A stretch of 64,000 nt of DNA from Amphiscolops sp. MND2022 (lineage: Eukaryota): assembly GCA_964187785.1 (NCBI GenBank), contig OZ076411.1, positions 73,842,001 to 73,906,000 of the forward strand. Direction: 5' to 3'. Made by a program: the position numbers and the translations under genes. This document shows positions 43,620 to 57,344 of the stretch, one piece after another (position 1 is the first letter of the stretch; each line of letters starts with the position of its first letter). Below the pieces are notes generated by a model, which saw nothing but the letters and a program-made list of their open reading frames with translations, ran no database searches and was not told where the DNA came from.

Positions 43620-44400
43620 CTGCTCGACTGTCGAATTTTTCCGTTTCTCTTTCTCTACGAAAGCAAATGCTTTGCAGCAGAAAACCTTCAGATAGTTTTA
43701 ATGTGGGGGTTTTCCAAAGGACTTCTCCAATGGTGTCTTATCTTGTGAGGAGTGAATGCTCATGTTTTTTATGTGGAAGGCGGCTCTAATTGCAAAAGAC
43801 CAAAACCTTTGTTTTTAGTTCGCAGTTTTCAACATACATCTCCCCATCGCGCCGATGGTACTCCAAACTCGTTGAACTTTCCCATTTTCTTAGGGAGTGT
43901 ACGTAAATGTGAACTCCTGGCGGACATGGTTTCTCGAAGGATTTTGTGCTTATTTACCAAACTTGAATTCTTTTGCGTTTCGCGTTATCGCTCACAATTT
44001 TACGAGGCTTCCCTAACTCAGCAAGAAAAAATTCTAGTTTTGTTGCAACTTCGTCTTTACTGTTCAGCAAATAGACAGCATCTAACCGACTGAAACAACC
44101 AACAAAGCATATTTGAATCTGTCGACTGATTCAATTAGTTCGGGCGAAATGTCAACATGAACTATTTTTAGTTGCTTCGATGCTCATGTACCTGCAGTGC
44201 TTAATTTAGGACTACGTCTCGCTTTTTGAGTGGTACAGACATCACACTCGTCGTCTCTGTCTAGAAACTTCAAACTCACAGTCTGTTCTGATAATTTCTG
44301 AATGTCCATTTTTTTGTTATGGCCTAAACGTTCATGCCATAACTGCAGTGTATCTTCAACAGTGTTGCTTACTTCGAATTTGGTAGCACGCAAAATGAAC
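43620..44400 (-). pseudogene. Copia GAG-pre-integrase, integrase and SH3 remnants
   Basis: LQLWHERLGH..CDVCTTQK; YTP*KNGKVQRVWSTIGAMGRCML; KVFCCKAFAFVEK. Confidence 0.85.
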
Positions 44401-44619
44401 AGATTGTTCCGACATTCTAAAGAAAAACAATCGTTTTCAATCTCAGTCCTGGGTTTCTAATCACATACTACTTTCGCCTCCGCGACGTTCAGTCGTTTGA
44501 TTGAGATAAAATTTTTCCAATACTTGGGAACATGCAGAGCATTTTCGAGAGCCTTCGTTCCGTATCGTTAAAAAACTTTTTTATTATTATTACGTTTCTC
44601 AAACGGCTTCTTTTGAGCT

Positions 44620-44825
44620 TGGGGACACGCATTAGCCCTGTGACCTTACTCACCACATTCGTAACAAACGATCGCAACAGTTTTCGACCGACATTGCGCT
44701 TGCTTATGACCGAACTTGCCGCACTTGAAACACTGCACATCTTTACTGAAATGTGAACTCGAACCTTGATCCGTACTTGTCTGGTTGCGTTCGCTGTCAA
44801 AATTTAGTAACTCTCTCATTAAATT
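44620..44825 (-). pseudogene. gag: Copia gag C-terminus with two CCHC knuckles
   Basis: RELLNFDSE..CFKCGKFGHKQAQC..CYECGE*GHRANAC. Confidence 0.85.
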
Positions 44826-45554
44826 AGCTCAGGCGATAACTCGAAAACAGTCACTGTTTTCGAGTATCCGCACGAGCTAAAGTCTCTTCTAGATTTTAAG
44901 AGAGATTTCCCTAGTTGAGACTGCTGGAACTTTTTACATGCTGCAGGCCTGCATGCAGGGTAATTTGTTATAAAACCTAGAAAATTCAGAAAGGTTCCGG
45001 TGGTAAATCTTGTAGAATTACACTGCATTTTTCACTACTGCAATCAAATTTGAAAATATTTCCGCCTTCTTTTACGGACACGATCACGTTGTATTCACAC
45101 ATTGCTTTCTCAAATACTCATCTGATTTAGTCACCGCTTCTCAAAGAGGACGCTGAAGATGACGCTAGTTCGCTGTTTATATTGTGAATGAATTTAGTTT
45201 GCATTGTAATGGCGGCAAAATTGTTAACGTCTCAGCTGCATTTAAAATTAGAACTGATGCATTTTGAAACTTGCAGAACTTCATGGCTTGAAATTGCCGC
45301 CATAACTTTGATGATTCATTAAAGCAGCTTGATAAAAGTTTGTGACAACATGGAAATTTTGACGCATTAAAGTTTCCGTAAGATATTTAGATTATCATAA
45401 TAAAAGTTGCTGGTAACATTAAAGTACATGTAAAAAGTTCAAGCATGCTCAACAAGGGTTACTAAATTTTGACAACGAAAGCAACCTAAAAAGTACGGAT
45501 CAAGGTTTGAGTTCACATTTCAGTAAAGATGTGCAGTGTTTCAAGTGCGGCAAG

Positions 45555-48500
45555 TTCGGTGACAAAATTCTTGAACTATTGTGGAAGGCCTTTCAAATCT
45601 ATCGCAAAAAGCATTTGGTCACTTACGTTTTCATTCACTTCACTCAAATTCAGCTGAAGTTTCTCAGCTCTGCTTAAGCAGTCACGAAGATTTCAACTTG
45701 GATCGAGTTTCAAGTTTGTCAATTTGTTCAATTGCTGATGAATGCATGGTCTTTTTTTGCTCTTGAAATAATTTTGGAGTTCACGCCAAGCTGCAGTGTT
45801 ATTCGGTTTTAGGCTTTTTATTAGACTTAACGTCTTATCTAAATTTTGAACTAGTTCGGACAACACTTCGAACTGCTTTTGTTTCAGTTTTCCACTCTCA
45901 GGGGCAAAGTTTTCGGCTTCTGTTGCCGGCAAGGTTTCATTGACCAACAAAAAACTTCCTAGCTTGAAAAAATGAAGGCGAGCTTCAACTCGGTCCGAGA
46001 AATATTCGAAACTTTCATCCTTACCAAAACATTAATGTTTCGAGTTTGGAATGCACTGTTCTGGTCGAAGTTGTGAATCCTGAACCTTGTGAATCCTGAA
46101 CCTTGTGAATTGTGTTCTAGTGGAATGGTTTCTGGGAACACGCTACAATCACGCAAAAAAAGCCTTATTCAAAAAATTCTAATGACAGACCTCCTGAAAC
46201 CTTATTCAGAATCAACTCATTCCAGTACTGACTGTTGACCAAGCAGTGCTTTAGCTGCAGCAGTTTTGCGTGGAATACATAACTTTCCAGGACAAAGAAT
46301 CTTCAAAAAAAGGAATCAAACTGTCTGTTAGTAAATAATGGACCACGGAAAATTTTCTGAGACGGTCTTACTAACTGGATCTTAACCTAATTTGAAATAC
46401 CCCAAAAACTTCCTACTTTGAAATCTTGCTACGTGTTGTCTCTCAACTCAACTCCACTCTCACTTGACACAGACCAGCAAAAAGCAACAGCTATACAAAA
46501 ATGCACCAAGAAGGAAAAGAGAAGAAACGAAGAGTTTGAGTTCAAGTTTTCAGAGTTACTTGTACACTTGCAAAATTGCTTCGTCGAGAATTGTTGACTT
46601 GTGCTGCAAACTGATACTGCTCAAAAAATCTTCGTAGCCACGCGTAACCCTCACTGGCACTCCACTGTGACTCCACTGCTAGTACATTGCAAATCTAGTG
46701 GTCACCGCTGTACATCAATAGTTGCAAATTGTCTATGTTGTTCGTCTCAGAGCGCGCAAATCATCCATCTTCTTCGGCAAAGAAGTCTTAGTTTTTTTTG
46801 TTTCAAGAAGCGTGACAGTTTCCCATAACCTCTTGATTCCCAAAAACGTTGTTTTGTCCTTCAGACGTGAACGGAGTATGCATGAATGTCACACATTGAA
46901 TGATACAAAAGTTTACAGTGAAATGGTCATCAATTATTTGGCGCCAAAGCAAAGAAGAGATATTTCACGAGTTGTTCATACAATTAGTGAAAGCAGAAGT
47001 CTCGATAAAAAACAGGAAATACATGCTATGACTTCCAGCTGAAGAAAATATATACTTGATACTAGCTGAGTTTCATTCCAAAGTACTGGTCAGCATCTCG
47101 TCAAACTAGGCAACTAGCCAAGTTTGCCAATAAAACTTATCAACACCACGCCACTAATTTATGAAAATAAAGCATTTCGCTGTATTAAATTTGAAAAGAT
47201 GTACTATTTCGGCAAAGAAACTCGAAAAAAAAACTAGTTTAATACCTTAAGGCATTCACTCTGAAAGCTAGGACATATCTAAATTTCCATCTACGCTGCG
47301 TCGACGAAGTTTAAAGAATTTTTGAACAGGAAATTAACCGCCTTAAGCCCGTTTTATCAAGTAAAGAATTTTTCGTAGGACTATTGTTTGGAAGTTACAG
47401 CTTATAATTTCAGTTCGCTGACAAATTCGGTGACAAAATTCTTGAACTGTTGTGGAAGGCCTTTCAAATCTATCGCAAAAAGCATTTGGTCACTTACGTT
47501 TTCATTCACTTCACTCAAAATTAGCTGAAGTTTCTCAGCTCTGCCTAAGCAGTTACGAATATTTCAACTTGGATCGAGTTTCAAGTTTGTCACTTTGTTC
47601 AATTGCTGATGAATGCATGGTCTTTTTTTGCTCTTGAAATAATTTTGGAGTTCACGCCAAGCTGCAGTGTCATTCGGTTTTAGGCTTTTTATTAGACTTA
47701 ACGTCTTATCTAAACTTTGAACCAGTTCGGACAACACTTCGAACTGCTTTTGTTTCAGTTTTTCACTCTCAGGGGCAAAGTTTTCGGCTTCTGTTGCCGG
47801 CAAGGTTTCATTGTCCAACAAAAAACTTCCTAGCTTGAAAAAATGAAGGCGAGCTTCAACTCGGTCCGAGAAATATTCGAAACTTTCATCCTTACCAAAA
47901 CATTAATGTTTCGAGTTTGGAATGCACTGTTCTGGTCGAAGTTGTGAATCCTGAACCTTGTGAATCCTGAACCTTGTGAATTGTGTTCTAGTGGAATGGT
48001 TTCTGGGAACACGCTACAATCACGCAAAAAAAGCCTTATTCAAAAATATCTAATGACAGACCTCCTGAAACCTAATTCAGAATCAACTCACTCCAGTACT
48101 GACTGTTGACCAAGCAGTGCTTTAGCTGCAGCAGTTTTGTGTGGAACACATAACTTTCCAGGGCAAAGAATCTTCAAAAAAAGGAATCAAACTGTCTGTT
48201 AGTAAATTATGGACCACGGAAATTTTTCTGAGACGGTCTTACTAACTGGATCTTAACGTAATTTGAATTACCCAAAAAATTTCATACTTTGAAATCTTGC
48301 TACGTGTTGTCTCTCAACTCAACTCCACTCTCACTTGACACAGACCAGCAAAAAGCAACAGCTATACAAAACAGCACCAAGAAGGAAAAAAGAAGAAACG
48401 AAGAGTTTGAGTTCAAGTTTTCAGAGTTACTTGTACACTTGCAAAATTGCTTCGTCGAGAATTGTTGACTTGTGCTGCAAACTGATTTTGCTCAAAAAAT

Positions 48501-49237
48501 CTTCGTAGCCACGCGTAACCCTCACTGGCACTCCACTGTGACTCCACTGCTAGAACATTGCAAATCTAGTGGTCACCGCTGTTCATCAATAGTTGCAAAT
48601 TGTCTATGTTGTTCGTCTCAGAGCGCGCAAATCATCCATCTTCTTCGGCAAAGAAGTCTTAGTTCTTTTTGTTTCAAGAAGCGTGACAGTTTCCCATAAC
48701 CTCTTGTTTCCCAAAAACGTTGTTTTGTCCTTCAGACGTGAACGGAGTATGCATGAATGTCACACATTGAATGATACAAAAGTTTACAGTGAAATGGTCA
48801 TCAATTATTTGGCGCCAAAGCAAAGAAGAGATATTTCACGAATTGTTCATACAATTAATGAAAGCAGAAGTCTCGATAAAAAACAGGAAATACATGCTAT
48901 GACTTCCAGCTGAAGAAAATATATACTTGATACTAGCTGAGTTTCATTCCAAAGTACTGGTCAGCATCTCGTCAAACTAGGCAACTAGCCAAGTTTGCCA
49001 ATAAAACTTGTCAACACCACGCCACTAATTTATGAAAATAAAGCATCTCACTGTATTAAATTTGAAAAGATGTACCATTTCGGTAAAGAAACTCGAAAAA
49101 AAACTAGTTTAATACCATAAGTCGACGAAGTTTTAAAAAAATTTTGAACAGGAAATAAAACCGTCTTAAGCCCGTTTTATCAAGTAAAGAATTTTTCTTA
49201 CGACTATTGTTTGGAAGTTACATCTTATAATTTCAGT
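45555..49237. repeat. Tandem duplication, 1,871-bp offset (units 45555-47414 and 47426-49237)
   Basis: Paired ORFs 45581/47452, 46601/48472 and 46722/48593 are all offset by 1871. Scattered substitutions; unit 2 lacks about 50 bp present near 47250-47300. Each unit spans the copia gag 5' part, PBS, 5' LTR and flank. Confidence 0.95.
45560..45950 (-). pseudogene. gag: Copia gag N-terminal fragment (duplicated at 47431-47821)
   Basis: FEVLSELVQNLDK..AWRELQNYFKS..LNKLTNLKL..LKGLPQ.FKNFVT. Confidence 0.75.
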
Positions 49238-50118
49238 AAAGTAAAACAAATGTATTTTTGATTACTAGAATAATTTCATACGTTTATACCTTTACACTCA
49301 ACCTTCATAACTGATCTTGTAGTATTGCTTGTCTAAATTGACGTCGTCACGTCGTCACGTCGTCATTCAATTCAAAGCCAAGTGATAAATAATTTGTTGT
49401 AATCATTTTGATGCTTGTTGCCAGATAAATATTGTTCGTTGCTACAATTTTAATGTGTATTTCACCACCTGCCTTGTTATGTGTTGCGCAAAAACACCGT
49501 TATTCGTTAGAGGTGTTATGATCTTCGTATTATCAGTCAGTTTGTAAAACGTTGACAAAAAATGTTTATGCCTAATCAAGTAAAGGATATAATTGAGTGG
49601 AACAATTAAATCTTTGTATTTCGTTTTACTTTCTCTTTCTCCTAGGATTATTCAAGCGATCTTTTGCGATTTAATCATCATTTCCATCAAGTTGAAATTC
49701 GAAATCAGATATTAGTTGTTCACGTCAGCGTCATCTGCGCGTGAATTTTCCCGCGAATCAAGAAGTAAAATATACGTCCTGCTTGGGAGGAAGTAAAAAG
49801 GACGCCAGAATGAAATCTTATGATCATGTATGATGACTAATATCAAAATGAAGATTTTTTGATCAAATTTTGATGAAATGACTACGTGAATTTGAGGATT
49901 CAAGCGGAATTTCCCCTGAAATCACAGGAAATGACTAGTTGTTCGAGAATAACTTGACATCCCGTGGTCAAATGATGTGTGGAGGGTATATATACCTAGG
50001 ATTTGTAATTTTAATTCATTCAATTTCGTGATTCTTTGTTGGCTAAACTCAAGCTATGAAAAACCAAAACTTTTAAACTTCAATTAAATTTGACAAAATC
50101 AAAGTCTTTTCAACAAAA

Positions 50119-50500
50119 TGTCTACAATAAGTCAGAAAGTCAATAATCAGCAAGAAAGCACCGAGAATGTGAGTGAAACCTTAGTTTCACCAGATTTGGT
50201 TCAAAACGAAGAGCTAAATGATCAAGATATAGTAGTATCGGGTCCTCCTCATGCTAAGTCCCCTAGGATTGAATTCTAGAGAGCCTGAGAGCTTCTCTGA
50301 AGGAAGATATAACTTCGGAAATCAAAGGACTTTTGTTGGAGTCGCAGAGAGCTGTTGAAATTGCTCAAGCCTAAAACAGGAGAAAACGTTGGAGATGAAT
50401 GTGATGACACCGTTGAAGAAGATTCTAGAAGTTTCTACAGACCAACTAGATCTGTAAAAATATACCCTACTATGAACAACGGCCCATGTACAAGCCGTAA
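50119..50500 (+). pseudogene. Broken ORF, probably retroelement/LTR-derived
   Basis: MSTISQKVNNQQESTENVSETLVSPDLV...PRIEF*ESLRASLKEDITSEIKGLLLESQR.., ending at ..cgtaac, an LTR-end-like sequence. Family not established. Confidence 0.3.
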
Positions 50501-52704
50501 CTGTCGGAAACAACGGGAAAATATTAATGCGTGAATGTTTCTGAGAGAAATTTAGCGAATAGTCCCAAAAATTGTAGGCAATCTTCAAAAACATGCGAAA
50601 AGTTCAAGCAGTTTGAACAAGGGAAGGGTTGAAAGGGCACTTGTAAGAAATGTTTCAGGGCTTGATTAGTCCCAGAGAATCCTTGACATATTCAAAGGTA
50701 AGATTTTTGTGAGTACGGGAATTAAATTTTTGTCATCAATTGCAACTTTATGGTTTTGAAATTTTTAATTTTTTTTCGTTTCTAATCAGCCATTGCGACT
50801 AGACACAATCGTCCGCTACTATACATAGCATCGCGAACAGAGTAGGCTACATTTAAAAAAGGGAGGGACCGTGCATACAAATTAGAAAGAGGAGGGGCCT
50901 AATCTGCGGAACAGTGCACAAAAAATTATCAAAAGATTTCTTCACTTTTTATGTGAAGACACAAACTGCTCACAAAAACAATCATCAACATGGAACCCGC
51001 AGTGTAAGCTTTAAAATTTTACTTTTATCTGTATTCTTCTCAAAAATAAAAACGCCTTTTACGCATATTCGAGGGTATTATCCTTTTAAAGCACCATTTG
51101 AAAATTGTAGCAAAATGTGTTGTAAAATACAAAGGAAGGAAATTGAACAAAATGGTGCTTGGAATTAAAGCGAGATTGGAGAAAAAGGAGTTGTTAATTG
51201 GCAGAGCTTTGTTTACATCCCCGCAGGTTGTGTTATGCAACCAAGTCAGTATTATGTAACAACATTACGTAACCGGGAGCCCATTTTCCTGTCCTTTCAA
51301 TCCCATCTTGCGTTATTTCTAGTTTGTCATCAATAAGATTCTCCCAAATTATATTAACACCATCACGGGGAATTCGCAAATCTGATATTCACTACTGTCC
51401 TAACATTTGAAAGGTTGACATGACATGAAGCACAAAAGGGGTATTCCTGTAGTGACCTATTCCCAGATTAATTAATCCCCTTGCCGTTTCTGCTCCAGGG
51501 AAAACTTACATTTTTCAATTCACATCAAATTGTATTTCTCCAATCAACTAAAAAGTGTACAGCAAAAATACTAGTGTCTTTCCATACAGGAATTATATTA
51601 TATTTTACAGTCCATTTGTATTTCCTGATTATTACTGAATACTTCATTTTCTCAAAAAATAATTTCATTTCGGAAGGTTCCCTGAGAACTAACTATTTTA
51701 TCATTGAATATAACTTAATTGAAGGTTCTTTTTTGGCACTGGGAAAAACATAGAAACTGATTCTGAAATTCGTTCCAGAGCAACATTTTTTCTAATATTC
51801 AACCTCAATCTTGTTTGCTTTACAAAATTATCCCTGACGTTGTAAATAAGCAAACAATACCACCCGATATCACCGTTTTTTGACCTACGACTAGACGAGT
51901 GCTTACTAATTACGTCAAAATTATGACGTAAATGGGATCTAGCTTTGATAAGCTGTTGACTGCTTGTTGACAAATAAGGAAGGAAACGTGATGTCAACAT
52001 GAACAGAGTGTGAACGAGCAGTGAACAGAATTGAACAAGAGATTACATAACATTTCGCTATCTTCAGCAGTGGTTAGTTCATCCTGAAATGTTTTTAACA
52101 TTCCCATCTTTTAAACAAAAACTCGGGCAAAAACTCGATCGAGGTGTATGCACAATAAATGAAGTTATAATATAAGTTTAGCTATATTTAGAATATTCTC
52201 TAGTGCGCTGGCGAGTGGATAAGAACATGAAATGTATCCGCTCAAAAATCGCTTTCAGCAAAAGAACTGAAAAGATTCATTTTCAATTTCCTTCAGGGAA
52301 GTTCGTTTAAATCGTTTAAAAATAAACTATCAAAAATAACGAGTTACACAACGAGATAATTCTCAAGAGGCTTTTGGCTTCTTTTGATGCAATAAATTTG
52401 CACAGCATTTCATATTTCCCTCATTTTTTACTGTCTTTCAAAGCCTGGAGAATGAGATGAACAAAAAAGCGCGCTGTCAATACTTGAGAGAGGTTTTGTG
52501 GCATTTAGAAGCTGTTAAATCTACCTTTTTATTGTTCATTTCCTGCCGACTTCTTCCCATATTGCGTTAAACGGTACATCAGGTAAGCTATTTCTTTTTT
52601 GCTGTCTTTAAGAAACAAAAACAGTACTTCTAAATAAATTTAGGCACGTTTGAAGTTGTTAAAATTTTCTACGGCTAAATACCAAAATCGAGCGATTTCC
52701 ATAG

Positions 52705-53175
52705 AAACAAGCCGGGACCGGCCCAAGTCGGTGCCATATCTAAGGCTCAAAAAGAGCAAAAGGACTTCAAAGTGTCAATGTATTCTCTTCTACAGCCGCC
52801 GAAGAAATTTTTTGAAAAAGTCTCACAATGCCGAAAAAATTGAAAAGGGACTCTTTGGGATTTTTCAACATCCATTCTGTCGCAAAACTCCTAAAAAATT
52901 GAAGGGGGACTCTTTGGGGAAAATGTTTTTCCGGAAAAAGTCTCGCAATGCCGAAAAAAACTAAAAAAGGGACCTTTTGGACTCGTCCGGTATTGTATGT
53001 TATGCGGGAAACCTTTTTGGTTCAGTTCCCTGGGCCAACAGGGGCATTTTAAAATTTTGTAGAACTTTTGGTAGAACTATTTTGGTGACGTCAGGTGTAT
53101 CGAAAAAAAATTTTAAAAACACTGACGAAAAGCCATGACTATAGTCGATTCTTTTCTCTAGAAAAGCGCCGACTA
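52705..53175 (+). mobile_element. Helentron/HINE-like non-autonomous repeat (gggtccccct family)
   Basis: Starts aaacaagccgggaccggcccaagtcggtgcc, ends actatagtcg...gcgccgacta. Asymmetric sub-TIR; no TSD. Confidence 0.55.
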
Positions 53176-53576
53176 GAAATGGTCTGATCACATAGCTATT
53201 GGCAAACAATTGAAGGGTTGATGACTCTTTTATTGACAATAAATTAAATGTAATGGGATATTGAAGTACATATACACATGTAATTGATTGTATAATTGAT
53301 TGAGCAACGCCATTAATGGTAGAAATTTATTGGCGACAATATGCTTAAAAACAGAACCGTTTTGGGAATGCAACGACCATTTTGGGTTGTTTTTAGACGG
53401 CGCTTTTATAAATAAAAGAGCCCGACTATTACAGTCACTCGTTCTTTTTTATTTAAGACAGACTCGAAGCGAGGAACGTTAACGTTCAACTAAAGGAAAG
53501 TAAATACCAAGGAAACGCATGTAAATTATTCCAAAGGATCCCCCCTTTGGTTTTCTACTTTTTAAACGTTACCTAC

Positions 53577-53876
53577 AAGCCCGGACGGGACTAAAGGGTC
53601 CCCCTTTCGATTTTTTATTCGGCACTGTGCGACTTTTTTTTCGAAACTTTTTTAATGTCCCCAAAGGGTCCCCCCTTTGAGTTTTTTGTTATTTTGCTAC
53701 AGAATGCGTGTTTATAAATCAAAAAGGGTCCCCCCTTTTACATTTTTCATCACTGTGCGACATTTTCCGAAAGAATTTTTTTTCGAAAATTTCAAGTTTT
53801 TTTCCAAAAAAATGTTCTGCGCTTTTTGAGCCTTAGATATAAAGACGTTCCCGACTTGAGACGTTCCCGTCTTGTT
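53577..53876 (-). mobile_element. Truncated member of the same gggtccccct repeat superfamily
   Basis: Internal aagggtccccc(t)tt units; ends ttttgagccttagatat...ccgacttgagacgttcccgtcttgtt. Confidence 0.55.
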
Positions 53877-54071
53877 AACCATTTACGGGAGCCAGGGGAA
53901 AAGTTACCCCAAAAGCCTTGAGCAAAATATATTGATCGCTCCAAACTGTGATACCCTGGAAAAACTTACTCAGCGGTTGCTCAGGTTGATATCTTGGTTT
54001 GTAAGCCTGGTTATGAAGCTTTCAAAGAATAATAAGTTTCAATTAAGGACAATTTTTTCAATGATTGGTAG

Positions 54072-54692
54072 CCAGGGTTGACCCGCTTACTAGCATCTTG
54101 GCTGGCATGGAAAGATCTTACCAAATTCTCACTACATCTTGGTGACCATGAATCCAGTGGCTCGACTATCACCAAGAACTCACTAATTTCCGTGCATCCA
54201 TATTGCAAGATGAAATCTAACCAAGATAGAAAATTGAAGAATTCAAAGTTGTTACCGCTGCTGAATTGGAATTTGACCATTAACAAAAACAAAACACTTT
54301 GGTTGCCGTTGTAGAAAAAAAATAATTTTTTGGTTAGGAAAACTCACTTTTTCATAGTGATTTTTAGACAGTTTCAGTGCTTTTATATGTTTTTCTAGAT
54401 TTTGTAAAGAATATCTCATACGAGCCATTTTAAAATTTTGACTGAATTTCGGATGATATTTCAATTTACCATTCATTATTATTTGAATTTTATTAGGTTA
54501 TATTGCTTTTTTCTCGCTATCACGCAGTTCTTGGCAACGTTTGTCTTGCCATCCTAGGCTTCTCATTATGATTTTTTTGGAAACATGTCTGTGTTGATAA
54601 GATTTTATGCTTACGATGACAAGATCTTTGCAAGACCTAAACGAAGATTGTTTCAAGATCTTGGCAAGATATCCATGGAGGGTCAACACGGG
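54072..54692. mobile_element. Degenerate MITE with tcttg/caagatcttg subterminal repeats
   Basis: Right end ggtcaacacggg|at; left end ccagggttgacc is a partial match. Similar fragment at about 36830-36930. Confidence 0.35.
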
Positions 54693-57344
54693 ATTGATAG
54701 CCTAACAGATTAACGGATTGTTGATTGCTTGTTCATCGCGTGTTGCAGCACCCTAAAAATTGTATTAGTTTTTTGCTTAGTCCTGTTCCAACACCATTGG
54801 CAATGCAGCCCATTTGAAAAATGATATAGTGGTCTCACTATAGATCATCGATACTTTGTCTATCAAAAGATAATTTTTTGCACCGAAAATGAAAATTTTT
54901 GTTGGAAATCTATTTCGAATTTGATATTTACGTGTAACATTGAAAGTCTACTGATCCATTTGATGATTAATTTGTAGTAACTAATATCACGTGCGCAAAA
55001 AGACGTAGAGACTGCTGTCTTGTATGCTGCAGGCTAAATTTCAATAGAATATGAAAAGTTAAGATCCATTGCATGAAAAATTAGGTCTTATTCGTTTTAC
55101 CTCAACACTTTTTTGAAAACATAAAAACATAAGAAACCTAAAGGATTATGTTTAACAATATCTTTTAAAAAATGAAGAACCACCATGATTTTAGGATCAC
55201 AGTTTGGAAAGTTTTTTGTTTTGAATAACATTGCAAATTTGTTTTGCAAATTTCATTCTCTTTCAACGGGAAATAATTTGAACAAAATCCGAAAGGCAAT
55301 TTCTTTAATTTGCCTGAACAACTTTGATTGGAATGAGCGTTCTGATTTTGTGTTGCCTGAATAACTTCAAATGATAAAAGCGCTCCGATACAACTTCAAA
55401 TGATAAAAGCGCTCTGATATCATTTTTTGGGTATCATTTTTTTGGAGCCAAAGAAATGCAAGGGAAGAAGGAAAACACTCCGAAAAATTTTCCTGATTTC
55501 GATTCAGAATGTTTGAAAACATACAACACTTTTAAAAATTTTTCATGCCGTTTACAACAGCTTTTGACATCAGAAAGTTAGACAACATTTTTCATTTTCT
55601 CAGGTTGATTCTCGGAGCACTGCCCTGCCTATGTCAGTAATATTGTAACAATTATGTACCTCCAAAAACTATTCGCAATATGGATCGTAGAAACAAAAGC
55701 ACGGTTTCTACGGTTTCTCCTACAATAAAAAAAGCGGCAACTATGTTGTATAATTTTTTCATTTCACTAAATTTTCAGTTGCACCCCTCATTTGCGCAAA
55801 CCTTTTTTAAATGACCCTAGGCTTTACAATTTTACGTCATAAATAACTTTGGTAGTTTGACAAAATATAGAAGAAATTCTACAGTTTTGATTGTAAAGCT
55901 GTCACTTGAGAGTACAGCGATGTCTATTAGAACGATTTAATAAAGTAAACAAAGTCTTCAAATCATTCAAGAATCAACCTGTGGCTCCGTCTTCTCAGTG
56001 TAAAAAAAAACATTTTTAAATGTTTGTCTATGAATCGTACTACTGCACTGCAATGTAATGGTCTACATTAGGCTGGAAAGTGGAAAGTGGAATGATTCCT
56101 TCAGGTTTCTATTTTGCTTCGCGGACAGAGTGCTTAAACTCTATTATATGTTTCATAGTACGATCTGACTACAGCATCACACCAATCGTAATGTGAATCA
56201 TGGCACGATCACGTCGAACAATTTGACGTGACCGTGCTACTACGATTGTACTACGACTTGTATGTAAGTCTAACTCGGGTGTTTACCTGCATTTTTATGG
56301 TTTCATTTTTAGTTCGAAACAAGTCGAACTGGTGATACCTTGACAATCTCGAGTCTTTGGAATATGAAAAACCTGAAATTTTCACAGTACCAAAAAGTAT
56401 CGGAAGACTCAAAATGTCTTTTCTCATTCAAAATATCACAAAAAAAGTTAATCATATGGTGGAATGGGAAATATTTCAAAAAAAACATAGCCGAAAAAAC
56501 TCAAAACGAGAGTTGTTTGTAGTTTCGTAGATCACGTAAAAGGTTGAAAGTTCTTTATATGTACTCGACTGTGGACTTTCCTGTGTGGATAATGTACACT
56601 GACGAAAAAATTCGCCACAAAAAGGAGTATACGTAAGAGTTGAGATATTTTCTCTTTAAAAAGTGCCGACTAAAACATGTTTAAAAAGTAGATTAACTAC
56701 TTTTTGCAAGCGTCGCAAGTAGGTCATAGATACTTCACTTGAAACTTTCAAATTACCAAGTACGCACTCCAAACCGGAATTAAGTCGGAATTTTGTGAAA
56801 CTACTGGTGAGAGTCATAAAGTGTTATTCAATGTTTATTGCGACAAAATATCAGCAGAAAAATCAATTAACAATTCTTTTATCGGACAACCTTTGAGTGA
56901 AATATTTCTTCTGTATTGTAGGTTTGCAGTCAAAATTTAGTTTTTCTAATTTAGTCGCCTGAAATCATAACGAGAATCAATAGTGAAAAAAAATAAGATT
57001 ATCTGGCACACCATCAAATTCTCGTCCATATTGTTTTTTTAGACGACTGAAACTTGTAATCAGCCTATTTTCAAATAAGAATTGCATCGTTTGTTTATAA
57101 TAAAGTAACAGAGCCTTATCCAAAAAAGAACAACTATAATTATCTATAATTAACTATTACTGAGAAAATCAGGGAATTAGCGCTCGTTTTAGTCGGCGCA
57201 TTTCAGTAGAAAATGAACACGACTATTACAGTGGCTTGTGTTTTTTGTCAAACAACAGACTGTGTGCGTTGTGGACACTTATTACAGATACTACTAAACC
57301 TACTGAACTGCTGGACCGGCCAAGTACGGCCAGTGGAAACACAT

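Larger units (their letters stand above)
41410..47061 (-). mobile_element. Decayed, internally rearranged Ty1/copia retrotransposon
   Basis: Diverged LTRs of about 227 bp (41410-41636, 46834-47061); PPT aaaaggggag (41637-41646); PBS ggttatggg (46822-46830). Order on minus is gag - CCHC x2 - GAG-pre-integrase - integrase - RT - RNase H. No TSD found. Confidence 0.88.

Noticed and set aside
46601-48913. Pairs of near-identical ORFs suggesting a conserved gene family
   Set aside because: They arise from the 1,871-bp tandem duplication of copia UTR/LTR sequence.
50680-50710. Splice-donor-like aaag|gtaaga
   Set aside because: No open coding frame or matching acceptor upstream.
46064-55415. Small direct duplications (16-bp at about 46075, 8-bp x3 at about 49345, ~31-bp at about 55362)
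   Set aside because: Ordinary slippage products.
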